64,000 bases of DNA, taken from Azolla caroliniana. Taxonomy: Eukaryota; Plantae; Polypodiophyta. The stretch lies in assembly GCA_043228905.1 (NCBI GenBank), contig JBHGNT010000001.1, forward strand, positions 7,316,001 through 7,380,000, given 5' to 3'. Positions 33,112 through 45,995 of this stretch are shown here, piece by piece. The notes beneath the pieces are model-generated. The model saw only the letters and a program-made list of their open reading frames with translations, searched no databases and was not told where the DNA came from. Position numbers and translations under genes: made by a program. The stretch's first letter is position 1. Each line of letters starts with the position of its first letter.

Positions 33112-33703
33112 TGGAAGAGATTATCTTGACATGGATGATTGTTTCAAGTTGCGAACTTGAGGATGAGTTCTCGCAGGACTCTAACTGGATTCAATAATTG
33201 TTGTTGCGGGTATTATCTGGGGAGGATAAAAAGTTAATGAGAAACAATCTTGTATGACTCTTAACAAGTCAGACCAATGCTAATAGAATGTAATTAACAA
33301 GGGGTTTTCTAAGTCATCTTCATTACTGACTTTAGACAAAGACTACAGTTGAATATGACATGTGCCTATTTATTTTACTGCAGAATTTTCATTCCATAGC
33401 CAGTTGAGGTTCTTAGGCTATTGATGGTGTCTAGTTTAAGTTTTATTTAGGAATACGCGCTCATCAGGAGAGGTCAGAAGTTATTGAATTTCGACCTTTT
33501 CCTGAAAAGAGATCTAGGTTACCAGATTGGTGATTTTGCCAAGTGTTATGTGCACATTTCGTATTTCTTAAAGTTTTATTTAGACTTTTGGTTGCATTTA
33601 TTATTACATAAAGCTGCGTGCATGAGAATTAGGGCTGGGATTATCTCAATCAGGGTTGAGGTTATATTTTGCACATCCAACAAATTTGACCTGCATCTGT
33701 CAT

Positions 33704-33867
33704 ATAGAGCCTGTTAGGTTTCTTTGATTTTGAAGTCATATTTTGATAATTGTTATGATTTGTAATTCATATTCTGTTATGTAGAGCCTGTTAGGTTCCT
33801 TTGATTTTGAAGTCATGTTTTGATAATTGTTATGATTTGTAATTTGAAAGCAATTCATATTCTGTTT
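33704..33867. repeat. ~78-bp tandem duplication
   Basis: agagcctgttaggtt...gatttgtaatt occurs twice. Confidence 0.85.
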
Positions 33868-34469
33868 CTGAAGATACATATGTGAATATTCAAAGTTTTT
33901 TATGAATCAGAAAGTTTTTGCACTCCCTAAAGGGGCAATACAATAGGAATTTTGAAATTAGAGTGAGAACTCAGAAGAAGGTGATTAGGTTGAGAGGTAT
34001 GATATTTGTTCTGGAAGCACTTCATGGTCAAAGATTTCTATGAATCAGTAAGATTTTGGTCACCCTAGAAGGACAATGCAATGGAAATTTTGAAATATGA
34101 GAGAAAACTCATAACATGAAAACTGGTTGTGCATAGGGTAAACCATCTTTTTGGCAAACTGCTTGTCATAGGAATCTATTTCTTTATGGAGTCTGAATGA
34201 AATTGGTACTTGTGCAACAGGTAAGTATCATATTTTTGGGGATTGACAAAGGACAATGCCCATGTAGATGGTCTAGAAATTATCCTTGATGTTCTGTGCG
34301 GTGTGATTATGAATTAATATTGATGATTCATAACTTGGTGGTGATAAGGTAATGTAGTTACTAGTGATTATAAATTAATGTTGATTTATTGAATTATAGT
34401 TGGTGTTAAGTTGTGGGCTAATATATGTGATTTATCAATGTACTATTTGTGCCTCACAAACGATCAGAA

Positions 34470-34590
34470 GGGCAATGTAACCATCACGTTTTGCTAATAT
34501 GATACATTAAGCAAAGTTTGTTATCCCTAGGGCAATGTAACCATCACGTTTTACTAATATGATACCTTAAGCAAAGTTTGTTATCTCTAG
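34470..34590. repeat. 60-bp tandem duplication
   Basis: gggcaatgtaaccatcacgtttt...gttatc occurs twice. Confidence 0.9.
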
Positions 34591-36389
34591 ACGATACATT
34601 TGTTAAATTGAGCAACCCCAAATTTCATTTTTGTATGTACTATTTCACTTTCAATCACTCTTCGAGTAGTACATTTCATGTTGATTTCCATAGATGATCT
34701 ATGGTTAATGCATATTTTCTCAAACACATGACATGGTCATTCTTCAAATGTTTGAGCATCGAACCTAAAGATGAAACAAGAGGTTACTTTAGTTTGGGGC
34801 TTTCCTGACAATATTAACACAAGTGGATATCATTGTAATCTCTTAGGTTTGTATCTATGTAATAGAATACTTCTCGGGTGTTTCTGTGTGTCTCTTCCCC
34901 TATATCAATATATCTAATGCTCCCACATGCTTTGAGAAGACAAGCAAAAGTGTCATCATTACATTTGTCGATAATTATTGAAAGTTCCATGATTCATTGT
35001 CTCTTGGGCATAATTGTAAAAGAAAACATCTTAGGATACATACCTTCATAGGTTTCGAAAACTTATTGAACACTTCACGAGATTTGATGTCCACCATTTT
35101 TATTGCCCAAAATAACATTTCGTTCCAATTATTCCTAGCATGTATTCTTGTTGCCTCAAGAATTTGATGGAACCTAATAGAGGCTTGTGGTTCTAAACCG
35201 TCTATTGTTGTTTACGATATAATTCTTCTCTTACCATATTCAAATTATGTGTAATAATTATATTCAAACCCCCATCATTGAGTTTTTCTTGGACCAAATA
35301 TATTTTTTGAATCCATGCATAATAGAGATCTAGTTAATTTGTGTCAGAAATGTCAAGGGTACTACACTACTTGAATAGGAAACAAAAATAATCTAATGCG
35401 GGGTAATGATAATAAACAACACAAACATAACAAAAAGAATGCACAATGCTCCACAATTTTTATTGTGGAAGACCCTCTAGGAGGGATAAAAGGCCAAGGG
35501 ACCAAGTTCAGAAAACTATCCACCATTAGCCAATAAAGGGCACAATGGTGTCATATTCTAAATAAACCAGAGTGTTACATGGAAAACACAACTACTCATA
35601 GGATTCCACTATGCACATCCTTTGAGCCTTCCCGTTTTACCATGTGCCATATTGACAATCGTTCTTTGATCGTGTCTTTTGATGAGCATACACTTACTCT
35701 CTTTTGTGCATGACATTGTCACATAATTTATCTATTGTGAATCTCCTAATGATCATTCTTTAGTCCTACTCGTTGTTTTTAAGAGCATGCCATCGATAAA
35801 TCCAAATCTTTTTTGCACAACTTCTATATCATTTCCCCCCATGCTCGTCAACTCTAATCGTTCCACATTGATTAATCTCATTCCCATAATCAACGTTGAG
35901 GGATTGGCATGGGTGTTTTGCTAGGGAAATTCTTCAATGTCCATGTGAAGAACAATACCCTTGCAACGATGAGCGATTAGCATGGGTGTTCATGTACCTA
36001 GTGGGACATGAACCGACCACAAAGCAAGAGTTTAAAAGGCACAAGGTTTACTACTTGACTAAGACTCGTTGTATTAAATTGAGGGAAAACCTCGTAAACA
36101 CCACTAAGGTCATCTTTACTTTCCCAAATGGCCATAAGTTTTCACCATTTCCACATGAAATCCACACTCAGCCCCATCAAGTTTCGAGAGAAAAGTTGAT
36201 TCATCGCATTTTCCTCTCTGTAGGGGAGGCGTTGACATACGGCAAAGATTCAGGGGTAATTTGGAAAATAAAGAAAATCCTTTGAAAGGGCATTTGTGAG
36301 GTTTCCCCTAATTCTAGTTCTAGCTGAGAAACAAGGCCCAGAACAGGGGATTCCAGAAGAAGAAGAAGAAGAAGGTTTCTTCTGTTTGA

Positions 36390-38318
36390 ATGGCGTGCAA
36401 TGTTTGCAGTTTCTTCAGTGCAGAGCTGTTCATCAGGGATCCCTCTCTTTGTCACCCATGTAGCTACTACACCAACACAAACAGTAATAAGGTAAGTCAT
36501 CCTCATGGCATCATTGCACTCCTCCATTCCAATGAAATTCCAAACAGAGAAGGTAACAATCAGAGAAGAATAAGCCTATGGAGATTAAATTGTCTGGTTC
36601 TTGATGAAGCCAAGATGGAGGAATTAGCAAGTCCCAGGGTCGAGTTTCAATCCCTTTTGGATTTGCTTGTATTATGTGGAAAACACAAGGATATAGTTAA
36701 AGCTAGAAAGTTGCATTCTCATATTCTCGAGAACAAACTTTTCCTGAACAACCCTTGCATCCACAATGCCATCCTTAGTATGTACACAAAATGTGGGGAG
36801 ATCGAAGAAGCGCAAGAAGTGTTCGAAAAGCTTCCTATACGGAACATTGTCTCTTGGAATACACTCATTTCAGGCTATACTCTCTGTAGCCGTAATCATG
36901 AAGCATTGGATTGCTTCAAGAGAATGATCAGAGATGATGGATTCACCCCAAATGCAGTCACATTCCTTTGTGTCTTGAAAGCTTGTGGAAGCACTGGCTT
37001 ACTTGAAGCCGGACAACAGATACACCAAATGGTGACCGCTCAACGAGGGTTATTAAGGAAAAATGTTAAACTTGGTAACGCATTGGTGGATATGTATGCC
37101 AAATGTGGCATGATTCATAAAGCACGAGAAGTATTCTACGAACTCCCGGTTCATGACGTTATTTCGTGGAATTCACTTATATCTGGATATGCTGAACATG
37201 GCCTTCGTGATGAAGCTCTGGATTGCTTAATGCATATGCAACATGAGGGTATATCTCCCAATGGGACCACCTTGGTTTGCCTTTTGAAAGCTTGCCATGG
37301 GTCAGAGTCACTTACTACGGGAGAGAAGATACATTCTGAGGCCGTTAAGAGCGGTTTATTGGGGGAAAGTGTTGTTTTAGGAAATGCGATCATAGACATG
37401 TATGTGAAGTGCAATATGCTCGAGAAAGGGAAAGGAGTGTTTGAAGACGAGCTCCTGGAACGGGACACGGCCTCTTGGAATACGATGATCAACGGATATT
37501 CACGACATGGACTCGATCATGAAGCAGTGGGCTTGTTCCTCCGGATGCGAGAGGAGAGGCACTCCCCTCCGAACGCAATCACTTTTGTTTGTGTTCTGAA
37601 AGCATGTGGAAGCATTGGATTTCTAGAGATGGGAGAAGAGATACATACCGAAGTGAGTAAAGGAGGAGTGATAAAGAGAAACATTATCCTCGGGAACGCT
37701 CTTGTAGACATGTATGCAAAATGTGGCATGCTTGGATATGCACAACAAGTGTTCGATGAGCTCCCAGTAAGGGATAGCGCATCTTGGAATGCATTGCTTG
37801 CAGGGTATGCTCAATTTGGTCTCTCTAAAATGGTGTTTTGCTTATTCATAGAAATGAATGCACAAAATGTGGTTCCAGATCTTATTACATTCCTTGTTCT
37901 CTTGAATGCATGTAGTCATTCAGGTTTAGTAGAAGAGGGGCAAGTGATGTTTGATGGTATGCATGATGTTTACCAACTCCCTCCAACATTAGAACACTAT
38001 GCTTGCATGGTAGATCTATTTAGCCGAGCAGGATACTTCGAGAAAGCCGTGCTTGAAATCGATAAGGTTTCAGCTTTTGAACGTCTCCCACTCTGGTGGA
38101 GTCTTTTGGGTGCTTGTAGCAAGTGGCTAAATGTGGAGGTTGGGAAATGGGCCTTTGAGCAAGCAGTAGAGGTGGACCAGAAGTGTGCCGACACATATAT
38201 ATGCATGAGAAATATATATGCGGCTGCTGGTATGCTCAATGAAGCCGAAAAGATAGAAGCCGAGAGAATGAAAAATAAATTTTGGAACCCAGAAGTACAA
38301 CAAGAATGCTTATACTAG
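36390..38318 (+). CDS. PLS-class PPR protein with E domain, no DYW (organellar RNA-editing factor type), intronless
   Basis: Repeated NALVDMYAKCG / VSWN.LI.GY / TF.C.LKAC triplets, LNACSHSGLVEEG, EHYACMVDL and W.SLLGAC. Confidence 0.93.
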   Translation: MACNVCSFFSAELFIRDPSLCHPCSYYTNTNSNKVSHPHGIIALLHSNEIPNREGNNQRRISLWRLNCLVLDEAKMEELASPRVEFQSLLDLLVLCGKHKDIVKARKLHSHILENKLFLNNPCIHNAILSMYTKCGEIEEAQEVFEKLPIRNIVSWNTLISGYTLCSRNHEALDCFKRMIRDDGFTPNAVTFLCVLKACGSTGLLEAGQQIHQMVTAQRGLLRKNVKLGNALVDMYAKCGMIHKAREVFYELPVHDVISWNSLISGYAEHGLRDEALDCLMHMQHEGISPNGTTLVCLLKACHGSESLTTGEKIHSEAVKSGLLGESVVLGNAIIDMYVKCNMLEKGKGVFEDELLERDTASWNTMINGYSRHGLDHEAVGLFLRMREERHSPPNAITFVCVLKACGSIGFLEMGEEIHTEVSKGGVIKRNIILGNALVDMYAKCGMLGYAQQVFDELPVRDSASWNALLAGYAQFGLSKMVFCLFIEMNAQNVVPDLITFLVLLNACSHSGLVEEGQVMFDGMHDVYQLPPTLEHYACMVDLFSRAGYFEKAVLEIDKVSAFERLPLWWSLLGACSKWLNVEVGKWAFEQAVEVDQKCADTYICMRNIYAAAGMLNEAEKIEAERMKNKFWNPEVQQECLY

Positions 38319-39015
38319 TTGTGCATGGCTTTTACCACTGTCGAAGTGCATTCATTTATACATCTGTACATGGCTATCAATCATGTCACTACCAATGCTT
38401 AGTACATATGACACTTTGATAAAGCTGAAAAAAGTTATTATCTTTTTCCCACAAGCATTCTCCAGTCTAATGCTGAAAGCTCATACTTACGAGATTGGAC
38501 CTATAGTGTATGAATGAGGTTAATGAATCCTACAAATAGGATTGGGCTGATTGTATGGAATGCCAACCATTGAGCCAAAGTGTATTACATGTATAGTTTG
38601 TATACTATTGAGTAGTAGGATGTATGCAGAAGACTCACAATAAATTGTGGAACCCAGAAGTACAACAAGAATGCTTATACTAGTTGTGCATAGCTTTTAC
38701 CACTGTCGAAGTGCATTCATGTATACATCTGTACATGGCTATCAATCATGTCACTGCCAATGCTTAGTACATTGGCCGTGTCTGACAGTTCAATAAAAAT
38801 GAAAAAAGTTATTATCTTTTTCCCACAAGCATTCTCCAGTCTAATGCTGAAAGCTCCTACTTACGAGATTGGACCTATAGCGTATGAATGAGGTTAATGA
38901 ATCCCACAAATAGGATTGGGCTGATTGTATGGAATGCCAACCATTGAGCCAAGGTCTATTACATGTATAGTATGTATACTATTGAGTAGTAGGATGTATG
39001 CAGAAGACTCACAAT
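38283..39015 (+). repeat. ~360-bp tandem duplication of the PPR 3' end and 3' UTR
   Basis: Units 38283-38641 and 38648-39015 both start tggaacccagaagtacaac and end gaagactcacaat. Confidence 0.92.
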
Positions 39016-40756
39016 TTTGTGAAGTTGCCCTTGCTCACTTAAAAAGTGTGTTGAATTTTCAAACTCCTTGGTTGGACATGTTTACAGAATTCAAGAGAAT
39101 CATTTCAAAATTTCTACTCAATTTTAAAAAAAATAAAAATAAAAATGCTCCATTGGTATTAAAATTAACAATGCCAAAGGCAATGTACAAATTGTACATA
39201 ATAGTTTCCACTCCATAATATATATTATCAAAAAAAAGGACTAACTATCAACGATGGCATTTGGCAAGACACAGCCTTTGCCAACACCACCTTAGCTACA
39301 ACAAGTTAGGATTCCATGAGACCATATCTGTAGTACGAAGTGTTTGAAACTCATCTTCAATTGGCCCTTGTTATGACCTCTAAAAACCTTTCATGTTGCA
39401 GCCAACATTGGCTGAATGTGATTCCGCATATATACTAAAGCTCTTTGCTCCATCCATACTCAACATGTAACCAAATTCTTGTCACTTGAGATCAAACGTG
39501 ATGGGCCGCCTTGGATAGCGATCATCTATCATCTCCCATATCGAATGGCCGCTTGAGATAAAACGTGAATTTCCTACACATCTGTGGAATTATCTCATGC
39601 ATGAAAAAGAAAACTCAGACTATTATTGCGAATGGTGCATCTGTCAAACACTCGACCTTGGATGGAGAGTAAAGCACGGTTGAGGAAAGATGAAGCATGA
39701 GGGACAGACTATTAATCATTTAGTGTTATTCTTCTGGAAGATATGGGGCACCTCTTCTAGCATGGATTTTGACAAAGGGACATTCAATATTGTGAATTAT
39801 TAATATTTTGGGGATCTGGCTGAGGGGCAGTTAAGCATAAAGTGTAGAGTCCTCTAGAACTCTGACTAAGGGGCATTCAATCATAAACTAGAAATCCTTG
39901 AAAAGGCTCATTACCCTGAATCAACCCTACATGTAAAGCTTAGGCTATAAATTGACATTGGTTCTCGATTTAATGTGTCAAACTCGGCCTTCCAAGTTCT
40001 ATCATGTAAAATTCAGAGAATTATGATTCATTATTGCGTCGTTATTCGGTCACACAGCACGTTGAACATTTGTACATAGGGAAACACAGAAATCTGAAGG
40101 TATGTCTTGCATGTAAGTTGTTGTCAATGTCCATCACTGTTAATATGGCTTAAGGCATGTCTGACAGGTAAGAATGAGTTTGACACTGTTGATATCCATT
40201 CTTTACTGCATCAAGAGTTGGTAAGATATTGGTATGCCAAGATTGCTCATGACAAGCAACTTATTTATACTTCGATTGCAAGAAAAGTTTGGATATTGAT
40301 AGTTAACCATGGGCAAATCAAACATGATATCCTTCGATTGATGACAAGTAACTAATAGTGTACTCACTCGGAAGGAGCAAGCCAATTCTCATTATCTTTG
40401 TAATAATGGAATGTGATTATTTGTTTCTCAATCTGTTCTATTGTCTTAAGAAAATGGTACAAGGCCGCACACACACAGACACAGGTATATGTGTTGTGCT
40501 TGTGTAGAGGACCTTCAAAACGCCCCTCCCCTCCCCAACCCAAAAATGGAAAACAGAAAAAAAAAGCAAAAGAAGTAAATATATGGATAATTTAATAGGA
40601 TAAAAAGCCTTGGCTTTCTTCATTATTTAGAAATAAAAAAGCAAAAATAAATAAAATAAAATAGATTTGATTTATTTCTTTGCGTTCCCAGAAAAGCTTA
40701 ATATGCATGCATAAATTGATGCATGCATGAATGTATTCTATGGATGGAAAGCTAGC

Positions 40757-40764
40757 TATAAATA
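40757..40764 (+). promoter_or_regulatory. Probable TATA box of the CAD-like gene
   Basis: TATAAATA ~130 bp upstream of the ATG at 40889. Confidence 0.55.
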
Positions 40765-40888
40765 CAGAGGGTGTACCTAGTTCGGCTCAAGATCAAACAA
40801 AAAGTGATCAAAAGCCGCTCCTTAATTCTATTCTATCTAGATCTGTTTCATCATTAAAAACATTACAGAGAGGAGGACAGAAGAAGAC

Positions 40889-43463
40889 ATGGAAGCTCAT
40901 GGATATGCTGCCAACGATTCTTCTGGCACCCTTTACCCTTTCTCTTTTACTCGCAGGTTTATCCCCAATCCCCAATCACTAATCAACAAATGTCTAATGA
41001 GCAGTCATGAATCCGTAATTCATGACTGATAACCTATAAGCCATAAGCCTATATTCACAATCTCTTATGAACTATCACCAGTTATTAATCTCTAACCATT
41101 TAACTACTAAATTAGTAATCACTAGCCACTAATAAACAATCACTAAGCATTAATTACGAAATTCAGTAACCAATCACCAATCACTAACAATCCATAGATA
41201 ATTGCATATTTGCAGCTCATTAATCAAAACATTAGATTGACCACCGTACTAGAGTTGTATGATAATAGTAAAATTGATTCCTTACCACAGATACTACATA
41301 TTGATAAGGATGTAAGGGTTGTTGGCAATTATAATTAAGCATCGTGATTACTGTTGTTTACGAATAAGTAAGAATTATGGTGTAGTTAATCAATTGATTC
41401 CAGGGCGACAGGGGCTGAGGATGTGACATTGAAAATCACTCATTGTGGGATGTGCCACTCTGATCTCTCGCAAATTAAGAATGAATGGAGGGCATCCCAA
41501 TACCCGGTCGTCCCAGGGTAAAAGCAATCGATTACTTACTTGTAAATCTTGGATTTGAGGACAGATCATTAAGATATTTCTAGTACAGTTCTGAAATTAT
41601 ATACATATTTCTGTAATTGCAGGCATGAGATCGTGGGCATCGTTATCGAGGTCGGTGCAAATGTAAAGGATTTCAAGGTGGGGGACCATGTAGGTGTTGG
41701 ATGCATGGTTGGCTCATGTGGGGAATGTGAGGCATGTGACAATAAGGTCGAACAATTCTGCAAGAGAATCGTGTGGACCTATGGTAGTGTCGACATGGAT
41801 GGCTCCCCAACTTATGGAGGTTATTCCAATGTGATAGTGGTCAACCACAAGTAAGTTTATATACATATCCCATAATGTGGCTTCATGTGGCATAATCCAT
41901 GTTGCCTTTTTGTTGGAATTCAATCATGTAGATGAACATTAACTGTTTTGTTTGTTTAAGAATTATGTCTAATGTGGCATCAAATCGGCCATGATGAGAG
42001 TACAAGGGAATCCGTTGGTATATCCAACACAACTTTTGTATTTCTTATGATTTTATAATACCAGGGCGTATCTTTTTGTCAAAAAAAAAAACACAATTTA
42101 TGTCTAATGTGGCATACTTCATGTTGCCTTTTTGTTGGAATTCCGTAATTTAAACTTTTCATGTAGATGAACATTAACTGTTTTTTTTGTTTTAAGAATT
42201 TTTTTGTTCTACAAGGAGTTCTAAATCATCCTTACTTACAAACTTGATCACATAGCTTCCTATCATCGCAAAAGTTATTGATCTTTCCTTGATAAAATGA
42301 TGGGGATAAAAGTTAGGTTTCTGTTACCTCCTTTTGGTAGGTTCTTGTTGAGAGTTCCCGACAACCTACCGTTGGATGGGGCTGCACCATTGTTATGTGC
42401 AGGAATCACGGTGTATAGCCCAATGAAGCACTTTGGAATGACACGCAAGGGAGCGAAGCTTGGTGTCGTGGGCTTGGGCGGCTTGGGCCATATGGCAGTG
42501 AAATTCGGAAAGGCATTTGGTTTGGAAGTGACTATCATAAGCACATCTCCCCACAAAGAGAAAGAAGCTCTTGAGATCTTGGGTGCCGACCACTTTCTTG
42601 TGAGCAAAGATCCTCAGCAATTAAAGGTTAGTGTAGATCAATCCATGAAAAAGGTTTGGGTCTGGGAACTTTTTCTTGTCTAGTTGTAGGAGAGGATCCA
42701 CATTTGGGAAATACCGGGACTCCTTATTTGGGCCTAGTAAGAAAGTCACAATAGATAACATTTGGATCTGTCCCCATGGGGAAATTGCCTTTAACATACC
42801 TTAATGTTTGTCGAAGAGAAACACGATGTAACACTCACTTTGATTTAGTTTGTAGTTCATGCTACATGCATGTTTTGTTCTCCACTCTACACACTTGTGT
42901 GCATACATAAAGGTCTCATAAGTCTCTTTGCTTGACTGTTGATTTATTATCTTATCCTTTGTAAGGGAGCCTCGGGGAGCTTGGACTACATCATTGACAC
43001 AGTCTCTGCATCTCATCCGATCGAACCTCTTTTGGGCTTGCTAAAGATCGATGGAAAAATGGTGCTGGTTGGAATTCCTCAACTCCCATTGCAAATCCAT
43101 CCGGGACCTCTTATATTTGGTGATTTAATATTTTCTTTCAAATATTATAGAGCTAAACCAAATTAATTAATAAACTTAATAAATGTTAGGCTCGATATTT
43201 TTAAGTGATTTGTTATATGTATATAACTAGGGAGAAGATCGATTTCTGGGAGTTGCATTGGAAGTGTGGAGGAGACCCAAGAGATGCTTGATTTTTGTGG
43301 GGAGAAGAACATAACGTGTACGATCGAGAATGTGTCCATGGATAATGTGAATGTGGCGATGGAACGCTTGGCCAAGTCAGATGTTCATTACCGATTTGTT
43401 TTGGACATTGAAAAAACCCTCAAATTAGAGGTCAAACTAGAAGATCTAAAAGTCATAGCCTAA
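40889..43463 (+). CDS. CAD: Cinnamyl alcohol dehydrogenase-like, Zn-dependent medium-chain dehydrogenase, 360 aa, 6 exons (40889-40956, 41404-41517, 41623-41850, 42341-42626, 42966-43119, 43231-43463)
   Basis: CHSD, GHE, structural-zinc C-x2-C-x2-C-x7-C, PLLCAG, GLGGLG, ISTS and YRFVLD. GT-AG introns with consistent phases; CDS 1083 nt. Confidence 0.93.
41981..42091 (+). mobile_element. Short poly(A)-tailed retro-insertion (L1 3' tail) in CAD intron 3
   Basis: A11 tail. Direct repeat TTATGTCTAATGTGGCAT at 41963-41980 and 42098-42115. The end resembles the 3' end of the L1 at 26183-27904. Confidence 0.65.
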
Positions 43464-44290
43464 GTGGCAAGACTTGATTTTCTCTAATACTAAATTATCA
43501 TTTTATGTTTTGATTCTTTGGGAAGGGTCTATGTTACTTTGCAAGTAATACTAAATTATCATTTTATGTTTTGATTCTTTTTTTTTATACTACTTTAGTA
43601 TTTTTTTATCTTTGGCTCGCCCAAAGGCTACAACTCACACGAAGTCATGTTTTATTAGCAGTACATAGTCCATCAGGGGGTGTACCGAATGGTATGAGTG
43701 AGATACATGCACAGGATGACCTCTAGGATATGATGAGACTCGCACCACGTTCCATCATGCAACTTGTAGACAAGGGTCTATGTTACTTTGCATATTTATT
43801 ATCTTTCCCTCATGCAACTTGATTCTTTGGCAAGGGTCTATGTTACTTTGCATATTTATTATCTTTAATGTTATGGATGCATCGTTTATTCCAAAACATT
43901 TGGATAATAGAGATTGTATTATATGTATATGATATGAGATTTGTTAATGTTGAATACAGGGGAACAATCAATTCATGGGACCAAGACAAAACATTTAAGG
44001 GATTTTATCATCCCAAAAAGGTTTTAGAGACCGAAGCTATGTGCTAAGTTGCCTATGAGCCTAGTGAATTTGGAATTTCCCTAGCTTGGACTAATTCTAT
44101 GTATCCTTGTACTTGAACATTATCAAAAGCACATTCTTCTTGTAGAAGTGAGAGAAAATGTTCTCTAATGAGTTCATATCATAAGCATTCCAATTGTACA
44201 TGTGCTTCATCTTCCACGTCAAAAAGTTTGCCACAACAAATCCCCCTTTTTATGTGAACCCATCCAAAAGTGGAAATATTGCTTCGCTTC

Positions 44291-45110
44291 TGTGGTGCTA
44301 TAGGAGTAGTGATGTATGTATATATATGACTGAAGTTTGTTTAATCTAACTTTTCCTCCTTTTCAGGTAGAAATTTATATGCTTAGAATGAATTTCAACT
44401 TACTTGGTCCTCATCCTTTGGTTTGAAGTTCATTGTAGGAAATCATTTTATAAAGAGTTGAAATAAGAATCTCATGGGCCTCAATTGTGGCAATTCGGCC
44501 AGAGCTTCTAACGTGTGCCATTTTTATATATTAATGTCAACAAGGATGAGAACTTGGTTTTGTGTTGTGCTATAGGAGTAGTGATGTATATATATGAAAC
44601 TTTGTTGAATCTAACTTTTCCTCCTTTTCAAGTAGAGATTTATATGCTTAGAAAGAATTTCAACTTGGTTCGTCCTCATCCTTTGGTTTGAAGTTCATTG
44701 TAGGAAATCATTTTCTAAAGAGTTGAAATGACAATCCCATGGGCCTCATTGTCACAAATTGCAATTTGACCACGGCTTCTAACACGTACCACTTTTTATG
44801 TATTAATGTCAACAAGGATGAGAACTTGCATTTGTGCTTGTGCGGTGCAATAGGAGTAGTGATGTATATATAATTGTTGAATTTAACTTTCCTTCCTTTT
44901 CATGTAGAGATATTTATATGCTTAGAAAGAATTTCAACTTGGTTGGTCCTCATCCTTTGGTTTGAAGTTCATTGTAGGAAATCATTTTCTAAAGAGTTGA
45001 AATGAGAATCTCATGGGCGGTTGGGCCTCATTGTCACATTATGACAAGAGCTTCTAACATGTACCATTTTAATGTATTAATGTTGACAAGGATGAGAACT
45101 TGCTTTTGTG
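44291..45110. repeat. Three tandem copies of a ~275-bp unit
   Basis: gtgc(t/a)ataggagtagtgatgta recurs at ~44291, 44563 and 44841 with colinear downstream sequence. Confidence 0.9.
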
Positions 45111-45807
45111 CTCTATTGGTACACATACTCTGGGGACTACCATGCATATATTCTTGATTTCAAGTATGATACACATAAATTATCCATACTCTTATTAAAT
45201 CTTGATATTACATCTTTGTGTGGAGTCTTTAACAACATATGTGGTAGTTGCAATCCTAGGAATCGACGCATAAAGCTTGTCATCTCAACTTATCCTATCA
45301 CTGAAATGTTTCAACCGTAAACTTCAATATATAACATCTTTTGGAAACAATAGACTCGATGATTTCCTTACCAATATATGGGGTAACATCTTGTTATCCT
45401 AAGAAACAAAGCATAAACCATCTCATCTCAAATCTTATTGTCTCTAAGATGTTGCGATATCGCACTTAGCATTGTTTACCAACAATGAACTCAAAGAGAC
45501 CATGATTACTTTTCTCTTAGTGAGCTCATTAGTTGACTATGAATAAGTAACACCCTTGGTACACCCACCTTCTAGTAATGGGAGAACTTGTTCATGTTCA
45601 AATTAGGGTCCTTCTATCACCTTAACATCACCAAATGTAGGCAGCTTGTGGTTCATGGACATCAATCTTCTTTTACTAAAGACTTTCTTTTTTATCGACG
45701 TGTCCACATTCACTCAATGGTGATATTCTAGTCAGTCAATTGTTTAGTAAATTTATTGACGTGTCTTGGGAAATGCCGAAAAGTCTATTGTAGTAGCCAC
45801 CCATGCA

Positions 45808-45995
45808 CTATCATTGCCTCCTTTCTAGTTATTGCACATCGTAACTATAGATCCTTTGTTGGTTGTGATATGCTACCATTGCTTCCTTTCTAGTTACGGC
45901 ACACCCCTAACTCTAGATCCTTTGTTAGTTGTAATATGCTACCATTGCGTCCTTCCTTCTTATGGTACACATTATCTCTAGATCATTTGTTGTTT
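45808..45995. repeat. ~3 x 59-bp diverged minisatellite
   Basis: cta(t/c)cattgc...tagatc(c/a)tttgtt repeated. Confidence 0.75.

Noticed and set aside
35375-35600. Copia-like solo LTR remnant
   Set aside because: Looks LTR-like, but no TG...CA ends or TSD could be fixed
38200-39218. DYW deaminase domain downstream of the PPR
   Set aside because: No HxE...CxxC or PG-box recognised; the downstream ORF is duplicated 3' UTR
41787-41796. ZDRE match GTGTCGACAT in CAD exon 3
   Set aside because: Inside coding sequence (S-V-D-M); probably coincidental
43578-43775. Possible tRNA-derived SINE after CAD
   Set aside because: The A-box-like and B-box-like strings are on opposite strands, and the flanks are confounded by local ~60-bp tandem repeats
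44291-45995. CRISPR-like array
   Set aside because: Whole-unit tandem repeats without unique spacers, in eukaryotic DNA with no cas genes
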